A DNA stretch of 64,000 nucleotides from Candidatus Woesebacteria bacterium RIFCSPLOWO2_01_FULL_39_23 (GCA_001793095.1 MGHG01000009.1:15450-79449); one strand, 5' to 3'. Positions 1-9,264 are shown, numbered from the stretch's first letter. Numbers and translations are program-made. Notes: a model not told the origin generated them from the letters alone.

Positions 1-2
1 AT

Positions 3-1340
3 ATGGCGACAAAAGTGTCTCCAAAGCTTAGTCCCAAAATTCCACCTCATTCGATTGAAGCGGAAGAATCGGTTATCGGTGCACTTCTGATGGACCGCGA
101 CGCTATTGTGGCGATTGCAGAATTTTTAAGTCCGACGGATTTTTATGACCGACGGCACCAAGATATTTATATGTGTGTTCTGGCTTTATATGAAGAGCGG
201 GCACCGGTTGATATTCTTACGGTTTCAGAAAAATTAAAAAAGGCTAAATATTTGAAAGGGGTTGGTGGAACAACATATCTGGCCGAACTTGCCAATCGGG
301 TTCCGACCTCCGCGCACGTTGAACATTACGGAAAAATTGTTAAGGACGCAGCAACCAAAAGGTCGTTACTTTCGGCGGCGGGGAATATCGTCGAGTTGTC
401 GTTTGACGACGGTTTATCATCAGGTGATCTTCTGGACAAGGCAGAAGCTTCGATATTTGCTTTAACTCAAAAACACTTGGCCCAATCATTTACTTCAGTC
501 CGCAGTGCACTTGCAGAGAGTTTTGACAGGCTGGATGAGTTACACAAACGAGCTGATGGGTTAAGGGGAATACCAACGGGTTTTAAAGATATCGACGATA
601 CACTTGCTGGTCTTCAGGCTTCTAATTTGATTATTTTAGCAAGTCGCCCTGGAGTGGGGAAAACGTCACTCTCTCTCAATATCGCGCAAAACGTCGCCGT
701 AAAGTATAAAAGACCGGTCGGTTTCTTCTCGCTCGAAATGAGCAAAGAGGAGCTTGTCGACAGACTTTTGGTTGCACAAGCCGATATTGATGCTTGGAAA
801 TTAAAAACAGGAAAGCTCTCAGAAGATGATTTTACGTCACTGTCAAACGCGATGGGGGAATTGGCCGAAGCACCTCTCTATATCGATGATACACCTGCTT
901 TATCGATACTTGAGATGCGGACAAAAGCCAGAAGACTTCAAGTAGAAACGGGACTTGATCTTTTGGTAGTTGATTATCTGCAGCTTGCCCGTTCCCGACA
1001 ACTCGAAAACCGCGTTCAGGAGGTTTCTGAGATTTCTCAGGGGTTAAAAAACTTAGCCCGTGAACTTAAAATTCCTGTTCTTGCATTGTCTCAACTTTCG
1101 CGTGCGGTCGAGCAAAGGGGAGGTCCGAAAAGACCACAACTCGCCGATCTGAGGGAATCCGGCGGCATCGAACAGGATGCTGATGTTGTTATGTTTATAT
1201 GGCGCGAGGATGAGGATAATACTGAAAATATTGCGCTTGACGTCGCAAAACACAGAAACGGTCCACTAGCTTCTTTGAAACTGCGCTTCAGGGGAGAGCG
1301 AATCAAGTTCTACGGTCGCGAAGTGAAGCGCAGCAAGTAA
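3..1340 (+). CDS. dnaB: Replicative DNA helicase DnaB
   Basis: 445 aa. N-terminal PPHSIEAEESVIGALLMD is DnaB-like. Walker A GVGKTS. RecA-like C-domain motifs are present. Confidence 0.9.
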   Translation: MATKVSPKLSPKIPPHSIEAEESVIGALLMDRDAIVAIAEFLSPTDFYDRRHQDIYMCVLALYEERAPVDILTVSEKLKKAKYLKGVGGTTYLAELANRVPTSAHVEHYGKIVKDAATKRSLLSAAGNIVELSFDDGLSSGDLLDKAEASIFALTQKHLAQSFTSVRSALAESFDRLDELHKRADGLRGIPTGFKDIDDTLAGLQASNLIILASRPGVGKTSLSLNIAQNVAVKYKRPVGFFSLEMSKEELVDRLLVAQADIDAWKLKTGKLSEDDFTSLSNAMGELAEAPLYIDDTPALSILEMRTKARRLQVETGLDLLVVDYLQLARSRQLENRVQEVSEISQGLKNLARELKIPVLALSQLSRAVEQRGGPKRPQLADLRESGGIEQDADVVMFIWREDEDNTENIALDVAKHRNGPLASLKLRFRGERIKFYGREVKRSK

Positions 1341-1432
1341 GCAGCCACAAGGTTTTGTGCAAAAACCATTTGACTTCAATCAAACTTAAATTTGAAGTGG
1401 AAATCTGGTAAAATACACTCAGGTTGCGATGC

Positions 1433-1517
1433 GCCGAGGTGGCGGAATGGCAGACGCGCAGGTCTCAAAAACCTGTGAGGCTCACACCTCGTGGAGGTTC
1501 GACTCCTCTCCTCGGCA
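1433..1517 (+). tRNA. tRNA-Leu, anticodon CAA
   Basis: Hand-folded cloverleaf. Acceptor GCCGAGG/CCTCGGC. Anticodon stem CAGGT/ACCTG with loop CTCAAAA (U33, A37). Long variable arm GAGG-CTCACA-CCTC. T-loop TTCGACT. Discriminator A as in Leu tRNAs. Confidence 0.8.
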
Positions 1518-1581
1518 CTTACTCTCTATGTGCTTTATTATCTTGTAAAACATAACTTAGAAGAAGTAAAATACCCCTGTT

Positions 1582-2667
1582 ATGAGTTTAGTTGACCCCA
1601 GAGTTAAAAAACAGGCTGAGATATTGATTGACCACTCGCTAAAGGTTAAAAAGGGTGAAAAAGTTGTCGTGATAGGCAATTTTCAGGCAAAAGATTTGAT
1701 GCTTGAGATATATAGACTTTTGGTTAAAAGTGGGGTAGTGGATGTTATTAATAAATTTGACACATATGATTTTGCCGAAACGTTTTTCAAAGAAGCTAGT
1801 ACTGATCAGATTAATTATTTTCCCAAGTTTGACATGGAGGAGGTAAAGTATGCGGATTGCTATCTTCGTATAGCTGCTCCCATAAATACCCGAGGTTTAT
1901 CCGGAGTTGACCCTGATAAGATATCTCAAAGATCGAAAGTCTTAAAACCAATTACTGATTATCGGGTTGAGAAAACAAGATGGGTTATTACGCGATTTCC
2001 GACTGAATCTCAGGCTCAGGAGGCAGATATGTCGCTATCGGACTACGCGGATTTTGTTTTCAGTGCGATTAACAACGTCGATTGGAAAAAGCAGTTTAAA
2101 GAACAGGAGAAGCTGCGAATGAGAGTCGATACGACACAGACTGTTCGGATAATAGGCAGTGGCACTGATTTGAAATTAGGCATTAAAGGCAGAAAAGCAG
2201 TAAATGCCGCAGGTGAATTTAATATGCCGGACGGTGAGGTATTTACATCAGTTGTGGAGAACGAAGCAAATGGTTATATAACTTACTCATTCCCGGCTTT
2301 ATATCTCGGTAGGGAATTTAATGATGTTAGGTTGGAGTTTAAGAACGGAAAAGTTATCAGTGCCACAGCATCGAAGAATGAGGAAGCATTAAATAAAATA
2401 TTAGATATGGATGCCGGATCACGCTACATCGGGGAGTTGGGGATCGGAAATAATTTTAATATTAAGAAATTTACAAAAGATATTTTGTTTGATGAAAAAA
2501 TCGGAGGAAGTATTCATATAGCATTAGGAAAAGGTTACAAGGAGACAAAAAGTAACAATGTGTCCGCGTTACATTGGGATATGATAAAGGATTTGAGGGG
2601 CGAAGGAAAATTGTGGTTCGATAATAAACTGGTTCAGAAGAACGGTAAATGGCTTATAAATATTTAA
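1582..2667 (+). CDS. Aminopeptidase, M29 (AmpS/PepS/aminopeptidase T) family-like
   Basis: 361 aa. Overall resemblance to thermophilic-metalloprotease M29 aminopeptidases. Assignment by memory of family features, not a search. Confidence 0.55.
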   Translation: MSLVDPRVKKQAEILIDHSLKVKKGEKVVVIGNFQAKDLMLEIYRLLVKSGVVDVINKFDTYDFAETFFKEASTDQINYFPKFDMEEVKYADCYLRIAAPINTRGLSGVDPDKISQRSKVLKPITDYRVEKTRWVITRFPTESQAQEADMSLSDYADFVFSAINNVDWKKQFKEQEKLRMRVDTTQTVRIIGSGTDLKLGIKGRKAVNAAGEFNMPDGEVFTSVVENEANGYITYSFPALYLGREFNDVRLEFKNGKVISATASKNEEALNKILDMDAGSRYIGELGIGNNFNIKKFTKDILFDEKIGGSIHIALGKGYKETKSNNVSALHWDMIKDLRGEGKLWFDNKLVQKNGKWLINI

Positions 2668-2712
2668 TTTTCTTTGCCTGACTTTCTTTTCAAAGAAAGT
2701 CAGTGATAAGTA
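2668..2712 (+). promoter_or_regulatory. Conserved leader element: TTTTCTTTGCC + 10-bp hairpin (TGACTTTCTT/AAGAAAGTCA, loop TTCA) abutting the efp start codon
   Basis: Seen directly in the sequence. Three more copies occur in the same orientation relative to their genes (gyrA, rpsP, rpmF), and the stem arms covary. The purine-rich 3' arm is the only SD-like sequence before the ATG at 2712. Confidence 0.55.
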
Positions 2713-3272
2713 TGATTACGGTACAGGATCTAAAAAACGGCACAACATTTCAAATGGATGGAAGTCCGTATGTGGTTTTGAAATACGAACACATTAAAGT
2801 GGGTAGGGGATCGGCAACAATCAAGGTTAAAATAAGGAACCTTAAAAACGGATTAATTGCTGAAAAAAACTTCATCAACTCAGCTAAAGTCGAGGAAATT
2901 AATACCAAAAAAAGGCAGTTGCAATATCTGTATCGTGACGGTAAGGACTTATATTTTATGGATCCAAAAAACTATGACCAGATAAGTCTGAATGAAAGCA
3001 TACTGGGTAACGGAACGGCGTTTCTAAAAGACGGCATGGATGTGGATATCCTTTTTTGGGATGAAAAACCGCTGACCGTCGATCTACCTCCCAAAATGGA
3101 GCTTAAGGTAACCGAGACTGATCCGGGGGTTAAGGGAAACTCTGCCGCGAATGTCTATAAACCGGCAATTTTAGAAAATGGCTTGCAGGTTAAGGTGCCG
3201 CTTTTTATTAATAGCGGAGATAAAATTAGAGTTGATACACGAACGGGAGAGTATGTAGAGAGAGCAAAATAA
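2703..3272 (+). CDS. efp: Elongation factor P
   Basis: 189 aa. KNGTTFQMDGSPYVVLKYEHIKVGRGSATIKVKIRNLKNG is a typical EF-P KOW/OB arrangement. The true start is probably the ATG at 2712 rather than the GTG at 2703. Confidence 0.9.
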   Translation: MISMITVQDLKNGTTFQMDGSPYVVLKYEHIKVGRGSATIKVKIRNLKNGLIAEKNFINSAKVEEINTKKRQLQYLYRDGKDLYFMDPKNYDQISLNESILGNGTAFLKDGMDVDILFWDEKPLTVDLPPKMELKVTETDPGVKGNSAANVYKPAILENGLQVKVPLFINSGDKIRVDTRTGEYVERAK

Positions 3273-3319
3273 AAAAACTCCAAAAATCCAAAACTCAAAA
3301 TAGAAAAACAATAAATTTA

Positions 3320-3781
3320 TTACGCTCTTAGCCACCACAAAGCAGTTAAAATCGTAATTGTTTGCGTCAATAATCCCCAAGCTGGAGTGGTGTCCACCTG
3401 CAGGCTCTTTTGAAAGCCGATCCATTTTTTAATGAGATTATTTTTCCAATTTAAGAAAAAATATGGTGCTTCCACCAGGTCAGGTAAAACAGCGAAAAAT
3501 GATGCACCGATAATTGTAAGAGCTTGCGTAGCATTAGGGAGCGACCAGGAGGCGATAGTTAACCCGGATATTAATGCTATAAAGGAATCTAGTAAGACCA
3601 ATCTGAAAGATTGTGAGGTTACTTTACCGAATTTTACGGTTTCGACATTTAGGTGAGGGTTCCAATGGGGTACCTTTTCCAGTACGAAGTGGCTAATAAA
3701 TGCTAACGGGATTGCTAGGTAAGGATTGCCTACCTTTGAGGCGATTACAGCACCTACAATAACATGTGGCGTTTCTAACAC
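3320..3781 (-). CDS. Hypothetical membrane protein
   Basis: 153 aa hydrophobic ORF with no recognisable family motif. Confidence 0.35.
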   Translation of the reverse strand: MLETPHVIVGAVIASKVGNPYLAIPLAFISHFVLEKVPHWNPHLNVETVKFGKVTSQSFRLVLLDSFIALISGLTIASWSLPNATQALTIIGASFFAVLPDLVEAPYFFLNWKNNLIKKWIGFQKSLQVDTTPAWGLLTQTITILTALWWLRA

Positions 3782-3872
3782 AATGTATAATCATATACCT
3801 TTTCGTCAACGGTAGGCAAACCTGGTATCAGTAAAGTTTGGCCTTCTTGAATCTGGTATAATAATCCTTTGA

Positions 3873-4496
3873 TTGGGGAAACCGTTTGGCATGTTAATTA
3901 ATGTTCTTTCCATAGCTATTAATTTATTCGGGGTGGTGCTTGCCTTTTTCTTTTTTTGGAGGAGACTGAAAGAAGACTATATTCCGGATCAGATTTTTAC
4001 ACTTGCATTTTGGGTTTTATTTACTTTCCTAGCTAGTTTAGCGCTAGCTTTACTTTTTGTGCATACACTTGCATTCTGGTTACCGCTTGTTACGTCTTTA
4101 ACGGTGTTGATATATTTAAGCAAACGTTCAGGAATGCATTTTTTTGAGGTCTTGGAAGCGGGAATATTATCTTTTCTGGCTTGGTTTTTCATATTTTCCT
4201 TGAGTTTACTTATAGCTAACAGAAGTTCGCAGGTATTTAGCCTGATTGGCATTAATTTAATTTCGCTTACTCTTTTTTTTCTGGTTGACGCGCATTATAA
4301 GAAGATTACATGGTACCGATCGGGTAGGGCAGGGTTTACGGGCATGTTTGTTGTCGGTCTTTATTTTCTGGTTAGATCAGGGGTTGCACTACTTTCTCCG
4401 AATATGTTAATCTTCATGACAGAATACGATGTTTTTATTTCAGGTATAATATCGTTTACAGCTTTTTTAACAATATTTAACTTAGCAAAAGCATGA
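3873..4496 (+). CDS. Hypothetical polytopic membrane protein
   Basis: 207 aa with about six predicted TM helices by eye. No catalytic motif recognised. Confidence 0.45.
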   Translation: MGKPFGMLINVLSIAINLFGVVLAFFFFWRRLKEDYIPDQIFTLAFWVLFTFLASLALALLFVHTLAFWLPLVTSLTVLIYLSKRSGMHFFEVLEAGILSFLAWFFIFSLSLLIANRSSQVFSLIGINLISLTLFFLVDAHYKKITWYRSGRAGFTGMFVVGLYFLVRSGVALLSPNMLIFMTEYDVFISGIISFTAFLTIFNLAKA

Positions 4497-4897
4497 AAAA
4501 TAAAAAACAAAGAAATAAAACAGCTAAAGGCAGTACAATCCGTTTTCCCGGAAATGTACTTACTCCGGTGGCAAAATTTCTTAAGGCTAATTTAAAGAAA
4601 CTTGAGTTCAGGAAAAAGGAGATTACAAAAGAAGATCCGTTTAAGAACAGCGCGAGGCTTGTTGATAATGCTTCGCCGGACGCTGATGCTGAGGAGCAGT
4701 TCAGTCACGCCAGAACAACGGCCATACGGGAACAGATAGACAGGAAAATTATTCAAACAAGAAAAGCGCTGACTCGAATAAAGATAGGGAAATATGGTAT
4801 TTGCGAGGATTGCGGAAAAATGATAGACACGGATAGGTTAATGGCTTATCCGGAAGCGACTCTGTGTGCTGAAGATCAGGCCAGGAGGGAGAAATAG
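4493..4897 (+). CDS. DksA/TraR-family C4 zinc-finger protein
   Basis: 134 aa. C-terminal CEDCGKMID...LCAEDQ four-Cys finger with a coiled-coil N region. Start overlaps the upstream gene by 4 nt. Confidence 0.7.
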   Translation: MKNKKQRNKTAKGSTIRFPGNVLTPVAKFLKANLKKLEFRKKEITKEDPFKNSARLVDNASPDADAEEQFSHARTTAIREQIDRKIIQTRKALTRIKIGKYGICEDCGKMIDTDRLMAYPEATLCAEDQARREK

Positions 4898-4934
4898 TTA
4901 ATTCGTTAGTTAGTTATTTTGTTCATCGTAATAT

Positions 4935-4956
4935 CCGCCCTAAGGCGGTTTTTTAG
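4935..4956 (+). terminator. Rho-independent terminator after the dksA-like gene
   Basis: CCGCC-ctaa-GGCGG hairpin followed by TTTTTT. Confidence 0.7.
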
Positions 4957-4971
4957 TGCTAGAATAATTGT

Positions 4972-5763
4972 ATGGAACCTAAAGTAATATTTGAGGATGA
5001 GTACATTCTTGTAATAGATAAACCGTCGGGGTGGGTAGTGAATGACGCAGACACCACCAAAAATATTATTACTGTTCAAGGCTGGCTAGCGAAAAATTGT
5101 AAATATGAACTAGCTCAAGACAGCGTTTATAGGAGTGGAATAGTTCATAGGTTGGATAAAGAGACGAGCGGGGTACTCATTATTGCTAAAACAAAAGACT
5201 TGTTTACTAATTTACAGGCACAATTTAAGAATAGGCAAATTAATAAAAGTTATATAGCACTTGTACACGGCATTGTTGATCCGCCTGCCGGCGGAGAAGG
5301 GGAGATAAATATAGCTGTCGGGAGATTACCTTGGAATAGACGTAGATTCGGAGTACTTCCGGGAGGTAGGGAAGCAATAACACGCTATCGCGTAAATTCC
5401 AATTACCAATTCCTCTCCGAGCCGGAGAGCTCTCTTTCCGAGTCGGAGATTCTTCCAAGTCGGAGACCGAGCCGGAGGCTAAAATCCAATGAGAAATATA
5501 CACTTCTTGAGCTTTATCCTAAAACCGGAAGAACTCACCAACTAAGAATTCATCTTAAATATCTAGGACACCCGATTGTGTCTGATGGTTTTTATGCTGG
5601 CAGAAAAACATCCAGAGAGGACCTTAAATGGTGTAACAGGATGTTTTTACATGCTCAGAAAATACAATTTTCTCATCCTATTAACGCGAAGCCAATAGAA
5701 ATCGAATCTCCGATTCCAGCCGATTTAGTAGAAGCTCTTAAACTTCTTAGTGAAATAACTTAG
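4972..5763 (+). CDS. RluA-family pseudouridine synthase carrying an in-frame repeat insertion
   Basis: 263 aa. HRLDKETSGVLIIAKT catalytic-Asp motif and GRTHQLRIH motif. About 30 extra residues (SEPESSLSESEILPSRRPSRRLKS) are encoded by a palindromic repeat array at 5413-5478. Confidence 0.85.
   Translation: MEPKVIFEDEYILVIDKPSGWVVNDADTTKNIITVQGWLAKNCKYELAQDSVYRSGIVHRLDKETSGVLIIAKTKDLFTNLQAQFKNRQINKSYIALVHGIVDPPAGGEGEINIAVGRLPWNRRRFGVLPGGREAITRYRVNSNYQFLSEPESSLSESEILPSRRPSRRLKSNEKYTLLELYPKTGRTHQLRIHLKYLGHPIVSDGFYAGRKTSREDLKWCNRMFLHAQKIQFSHPINAKPIEIESPIPADLVEALKLLSEIT
5413..5478 (+). repeat. Tandem palindromic repeat array (units around CTCCGAG[C/T]CGGAG) inserted in-frame in rluA
   Basis: ctctccgagccggag / ttccgagtcggag / ccaagtcggag / accgagccggag. 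Each unit is an interrupted palindrome CTCCG-N3-CGGAG. Related arrays occur at 27881-27951 and 36505-36545. Confidence 0.6.
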
Positions 5764-5824
5764 TATGTTTACCTGAGCTTTACAACGAACTGCTTACTCT
5801 TTAAACTGATATGAATTACTGCCC

Positions 5825-7495
5825 ATGAGTTTTACAGAAATATCGGTTATTTTTTTTACGGCTTCAATATTTGCAATATTGGCTAAAACTATTAAACAGC
5901 CCCTTTTGATTGGTTATATATTTGCTGGATTGCTTTTGGGGGCATTGGGACTTTCGGGAAACATCCACTCTTTTGAATCATTAAGTCAGCTGGGAATTGC
6001 TTTACTGCTGTTTCTTTTAGGTTTGGAAATGAATCTTTCTGAGGTCCACTTAATCGGAAAAGTTGCTTTTATTACAGGAGTAACTCAGATATTGGTTACG
6101 ACATTTTTTGGTTTTATTTTGAGTACGTTATTTGGATTTGATCGGTTGCCCTCGCTTTATATCGCGGCGGCACTTTCGTTTTCTTCGACAATTATCGTTA
6201 TAAAACTTTTGTCAGAAAAGAAGGATCTGAATAGTTTGTACGGAAAAATTTCTATCGGGTTTCTTCTGGTTCAGGACCTTTTTGCAATTCTTATCCTGAT
6301 ATTTTTGTCTGGCCTCAAGGCAGGTACAAATCCGGATTTTATGAATTTTGCCACTTTGTTTTTAAGGGCCATTGTTCTTTTGGTTTTGGTTTGGATTCTC
6401 GCCAAAAAAATTTTTCCTATTTTCATCGAAAAATATGTCGCCGGCTCAGGTGAGCTTCTGTTCGTTACTAGTATCGCCTGGGCATTGGGTTTTGCTGCTT
6501 TTGTCGCGGGTCCCATGGGATTTTCTGTCGAGATAGGAGGTTTTCTGGCAGGCCTGTCGTTATCGACTCTACCCGAACACTATCAGATAGCTTCGAAAAC
6601 AAAACCTTTGCGTGATTTTTTTCTAATAATCTTTTTCCTGCTTCTTGGATCAAAATTGGTTATATCGAGTGCATCTTTATTGTTAATGCCAACTGCTTTA
6701 GTTTTGTCGTTTTATGTTTTGGTGTCTCACACGGTAATACTGTTTGTGATATTGGGTTTTTTAGGCTTTAGAAAAAGAACTTCATTTTTGGTAGGTTTAA
6801 CGGTCGCACAGATATCGGAATTTTCGATAATATTAGTTGCTATAGGATTATCTTTGGGTCATATTACGGGACCAATAGTTTCTTTAATTACGATGGTAGG
6901 CATAATTACGATGACGATATCCACCTATCTGATATTGGGATCGGAAAATTTATACGAGAGATTTAAACATAAGTTATCTATATTTGAACGCAAGTTTCCG
7001 AAAGAGCTCTCAATTCCTATGCACTTCGAACTCGAAAATCACATAGTTCTTGTGGGCTGCGATAGGACGGGTAAATCAATATTGTCTTATCTGGTCAGAA
7101 AAAATTTAAAGATCGTTGTCATTGATTTTAACCCGAGTGTTTATTCGAAGCTTTGTGAGCAAAAAATACCGGTGATTTTGGGTGATGTTAATGATTCAGA
7201 CGTAGCAGATTTTGCATCAATTCGTGAAGCGGGATTGGTTATTTCCACAATAGGGAACTTTAATGACAATATCAGGCTTTTGGCCGAGCTTGATAGTCAA
7301 AAGCAAACGGTAGTTATTGTTGCTTCGACAAGATCTGAAGCACTGCGGTTATACGAGCGGGGAGCAAGTTATGTTATAGTACCCGAATTTTTGGCAGGGG
7401 AACATTTAAAGCATCTGTTAATTCACTTTAAAGGTTTCTATGCCAAATTTAAGAAAATAGGCCGGCGGCAACATGAGAAATTAATTAATGGATAG
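5825..7495 (+). CDS. Cation:proton antiporter (CPA/Kef-type) with C-terminal TrkA-N/RCK domain
   Basis: 556 aa. About 12 TM helices are followed by a Rossmann-like VLVGCDRTGKSI segment typical of RCK/TrkA-N. Confidence 0.75.
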   Translation: MSFTEISVIFFTASIFAILAKTIKQPLLIGYIFAGLLLGALGLSGNIHSFESLSQLGIALLLFLLGLEMNLSEVHLIGKVAFITGVTQILVTTFFGFILSTLFGFDRLPSLYIAAALSFSSTIIVIKLLSEKKDLNSLYGKISIGFLLVQDLFAILILIFLSGLKAGTNPDFMNFATLFLRAIVLLVLVWILAKKIFPIFIEKYVAGSGELLFVTSIAWALGFAAFVAGPMGFSVEIGGFLAGLSLSTLPEHYQIASKTKPLRDFFLIIFFLLLGSKLVISSASLLLMPTALVLSFYVLVSHTVILFVILGFLGFRKRTSFLVGLTVAQISEFSIILVAIGLSLGHITGPIVSLITMVGIITMTISTYLILGSENLYERFKHKLSIFERKFPKELSIPMHFELENHIVLVGCDRTGKSILSYLVRKNLKIVVIDFNPSVYSKLCEQKIPVILGDVNDSDVADFASIREAGLVISTIGNFNDNIRLLAELDSQKQTVVIVASTRSEALRLYERGASYVIVPEFLAGEHLKHLLIHFKGFYAKFKKIGRRQHEKLING

Positions 7496-7506
7496 TTAAT
7501 GAGTAT

Positions 7507-8484
7507 ATGGTAACGAGAACTAATGTTAGACACGTAAAAAAATTATTGAAGTCCAGGAATGAGCGTAAAAGGCGTGTAAGTAACAATAAGATGGGGAAGG
7601 GGAGTAGCATACTATCCAGAGCAATTTTGTTATTAGTTTTCCTCTTTGTACTAGTTCTTATTATTTTAGTGCGTGGAAAAAGGAGTTTGATCGAGGGAGT
7701 AAACAAAGTAAATATAGCTCTAAGGACGCATAACGACGATGTTGAAGTTTTAAGCTTCGATTTTAAGAGGGGTGAGATAAATGAAGTTATAATTCCGGGT
7801 GACACCGAGGTTGTTGTCGCAAGAGGTTTGGGTGAATTTAGACTGGAAAATGTATGGAGAGTTAGCGAGGACGAAGGCTTGGGCGGGGAACTCTTGGCCG
7901 AAACACTGACCAGTTATCTTAAAATTCCGGTTTATATATGGGCAGATGAAACGGCTGGGGCTTTGGCAGAAAAACATGTTATCGCATTGATCAAGGCGGT
8001 AATACTACCATACAAAACAAATTTGACGTTCTTAGACAAGGCCAAAATTGCATATTTTAATTTATCCGTGAAAAATACTAAAAGAGAAACAATAAATCTG
8101 GCTGACTATTCGTATTTAAAAAAACAGGTTTTGATTGACGGCGAGGAGGGTTTTGTACTATCGGGAAAACCTCCAAGTGAACTTTATAGTTTATATAGCG
8201 TTGAGGAAATTTCGGAAAAAGCTTTACGGGTATCTCTGGATGATGAGTCAGGAGAGGGAACGGTTTCTGAAAATCTTGCTCAGGTTATTGATGTTTTGGG
8301 TGCGAAAATCGCAGTAGTTAATACCAAAGAAGAAAAACGGGGTTTTTGTGAAGTTAAGGGGAGCAGTGATGTATTAATAAGTGAGCTTCAAAAGTTATTT
8401 AATTGTACGAGAGTTGCAGAGGTAAGTGATGATGTTTTTGATGTAAATATTAAGATCGGAAGTGATTTTTCGAAGGGATTTTAA
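7507..8484 (+). CDS. Hypothetical membrane-anchored protein (possibly LytR/CpsA/Psr-like)
   Basis: 325 aa. Basic N-terminus, a single TM helix, and an extracytoplasmic domain. The LCP assignment is weak. Confidence 0.3.
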   Translation: MVTRTNVRHVKKLLKSRNERKRRVSNNKMGKGSSILSRAILLLVFLFVLVLIILVRGKRSLIEGVNKVNIALRTHNDDVEVLSFDFKRGEINEVIIPGDTEVVVARGLGEFRLENVWRVSEDEGLGGELLAETLTSYLKIPVYIWADETAGALAEKHVIALIKAVILPYKTNLTFLDKAKIAYFNLSVKNTKRETINLADYSYLKKQVLIDGEEGFVLSGKPPSELYSLYSVEEISEKALRVSLDDESGEGTVSENLAQVIDVLGAKIAVVNTKEEKRGFCEVKGSSDVLISELQKLFNCTRVAEVSDDVFDVNIKIGSDFSKGF

Positions 8485-8486
8485 GT

Positions 8487-9188
8487 TTATTCTTCGAGAT
8501 CTTCTAAAGCAACTGTTTCGATCTCTCCGTCAGCTTTTTTGTGCACCAACTCAGGGGGAGTATACGAGATGTAGTCGATTTTCTCCGGTGGAAATGACGG
8601 AAAATCTCTGAATTTTGGCGGGCGCAACGTTTCTTTAATAAAAACCCTTACCTCGTTTTTGTTTGTTGATTTGATAAAAACTACATATTGATAACCTTGT
8701 AGAGACAACTTTTTTATTCTCGAAGACATATCATCGGAGAGTTTGCCTACATATTTAAGATCATTTGAGATTATTGAGACTCTATGGCTCCTTAGGCTCA
8801 TATTTACGACATCTCCGGCATCTAGTTTAGCCAGAATCTTGGGATCTCCAAGGTGAAGAAGTGTTACCGACTTTGTTTTCCCGGGTTCCTCGATGTAGTT
8901 TTGGGGAGTAATATTTATGGGTGCTTGCTTGTCCAACTTTTTGATATCTTTCCATTTTTCTAGAGATTTTAAAGCAATGGTATTAAAAGGGTCAATTGCA
9001 ACTACCTTTTGAGCGGTTTCTTTCGCTCTCTTGATGTCTCCGAGTTCGAAATACGCTCTTGAAAGGCGGTTAAGACAGTCGACATCTTCCGGTTCTTGTT
9101 TAATTATTTTGAGGTTTATTGTAAGGGCGTTGTCCCAATTACCTGTTAATGCTGCAGAAATGGCTTGTTGGGCAAGATCGGTATACAT
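8487..9188 (-). CDS. TPR-repeat protein
   Basis: 233 aa. The N-terminal half has TPR-like helical repeats (LNRLSRAYFELGDIKRAKETAQKVVAIDP). Confidence 0.45.
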   Translation of the reverse strand: MYTDLAQQAISAALTGNWDNALTINLKIIKQEPEDVDCLNRLSRAYFELGDIKRAKETAQKVVAIDPFNTIALKSLEKWKDIKKLDKQAPINITPQNYIEEPGKTKSVTLLHLGDPKILAKLDAGDVVNMSLRSHRVSIISNDLKYVGKLSDDMSSRIKKLSLQGYQYVVFIKSTNKNEVRVFIKETLRPPKFRDFPSFPPEKIDYISYTPPELVHKKADGEIETVALEDLEE

Positions 9189-9239
9189 TTTAGTTGGGAG
9201 TTGTTTTTTACTCTTTTGAGTATAGAAGCGTGGATTTAG

Positions 9240-9264
9240 TTGTCAAGAGGTTTTGGTGTATAAT
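9240..9264 (+). promoter_or_regulatory. Possible promoter (-10 TGTATAAT) for yebC
   Basis: gtgTATAAT at 9256-9264. The -35 is poor (ttgtca lies only 13 nt upstream). This is the divergent intergenic region. Confidence 0.3.

Noticed and set aside
1370-1412. Possible promoter for tRNA-Leu (TTGACT ... TAAAAT).
   Set aside because: The spacing between the candidate -35 and -10 hexamers is 30 nt, not 16-18. No acceptable alternative pair found.
3432-3656. 74-aa plus-strand ORF.
   Set aside because: Fully overlaps the minus-strand 153-aa membrane-protein ORF. Basic, low-complexity translation and no RBS.
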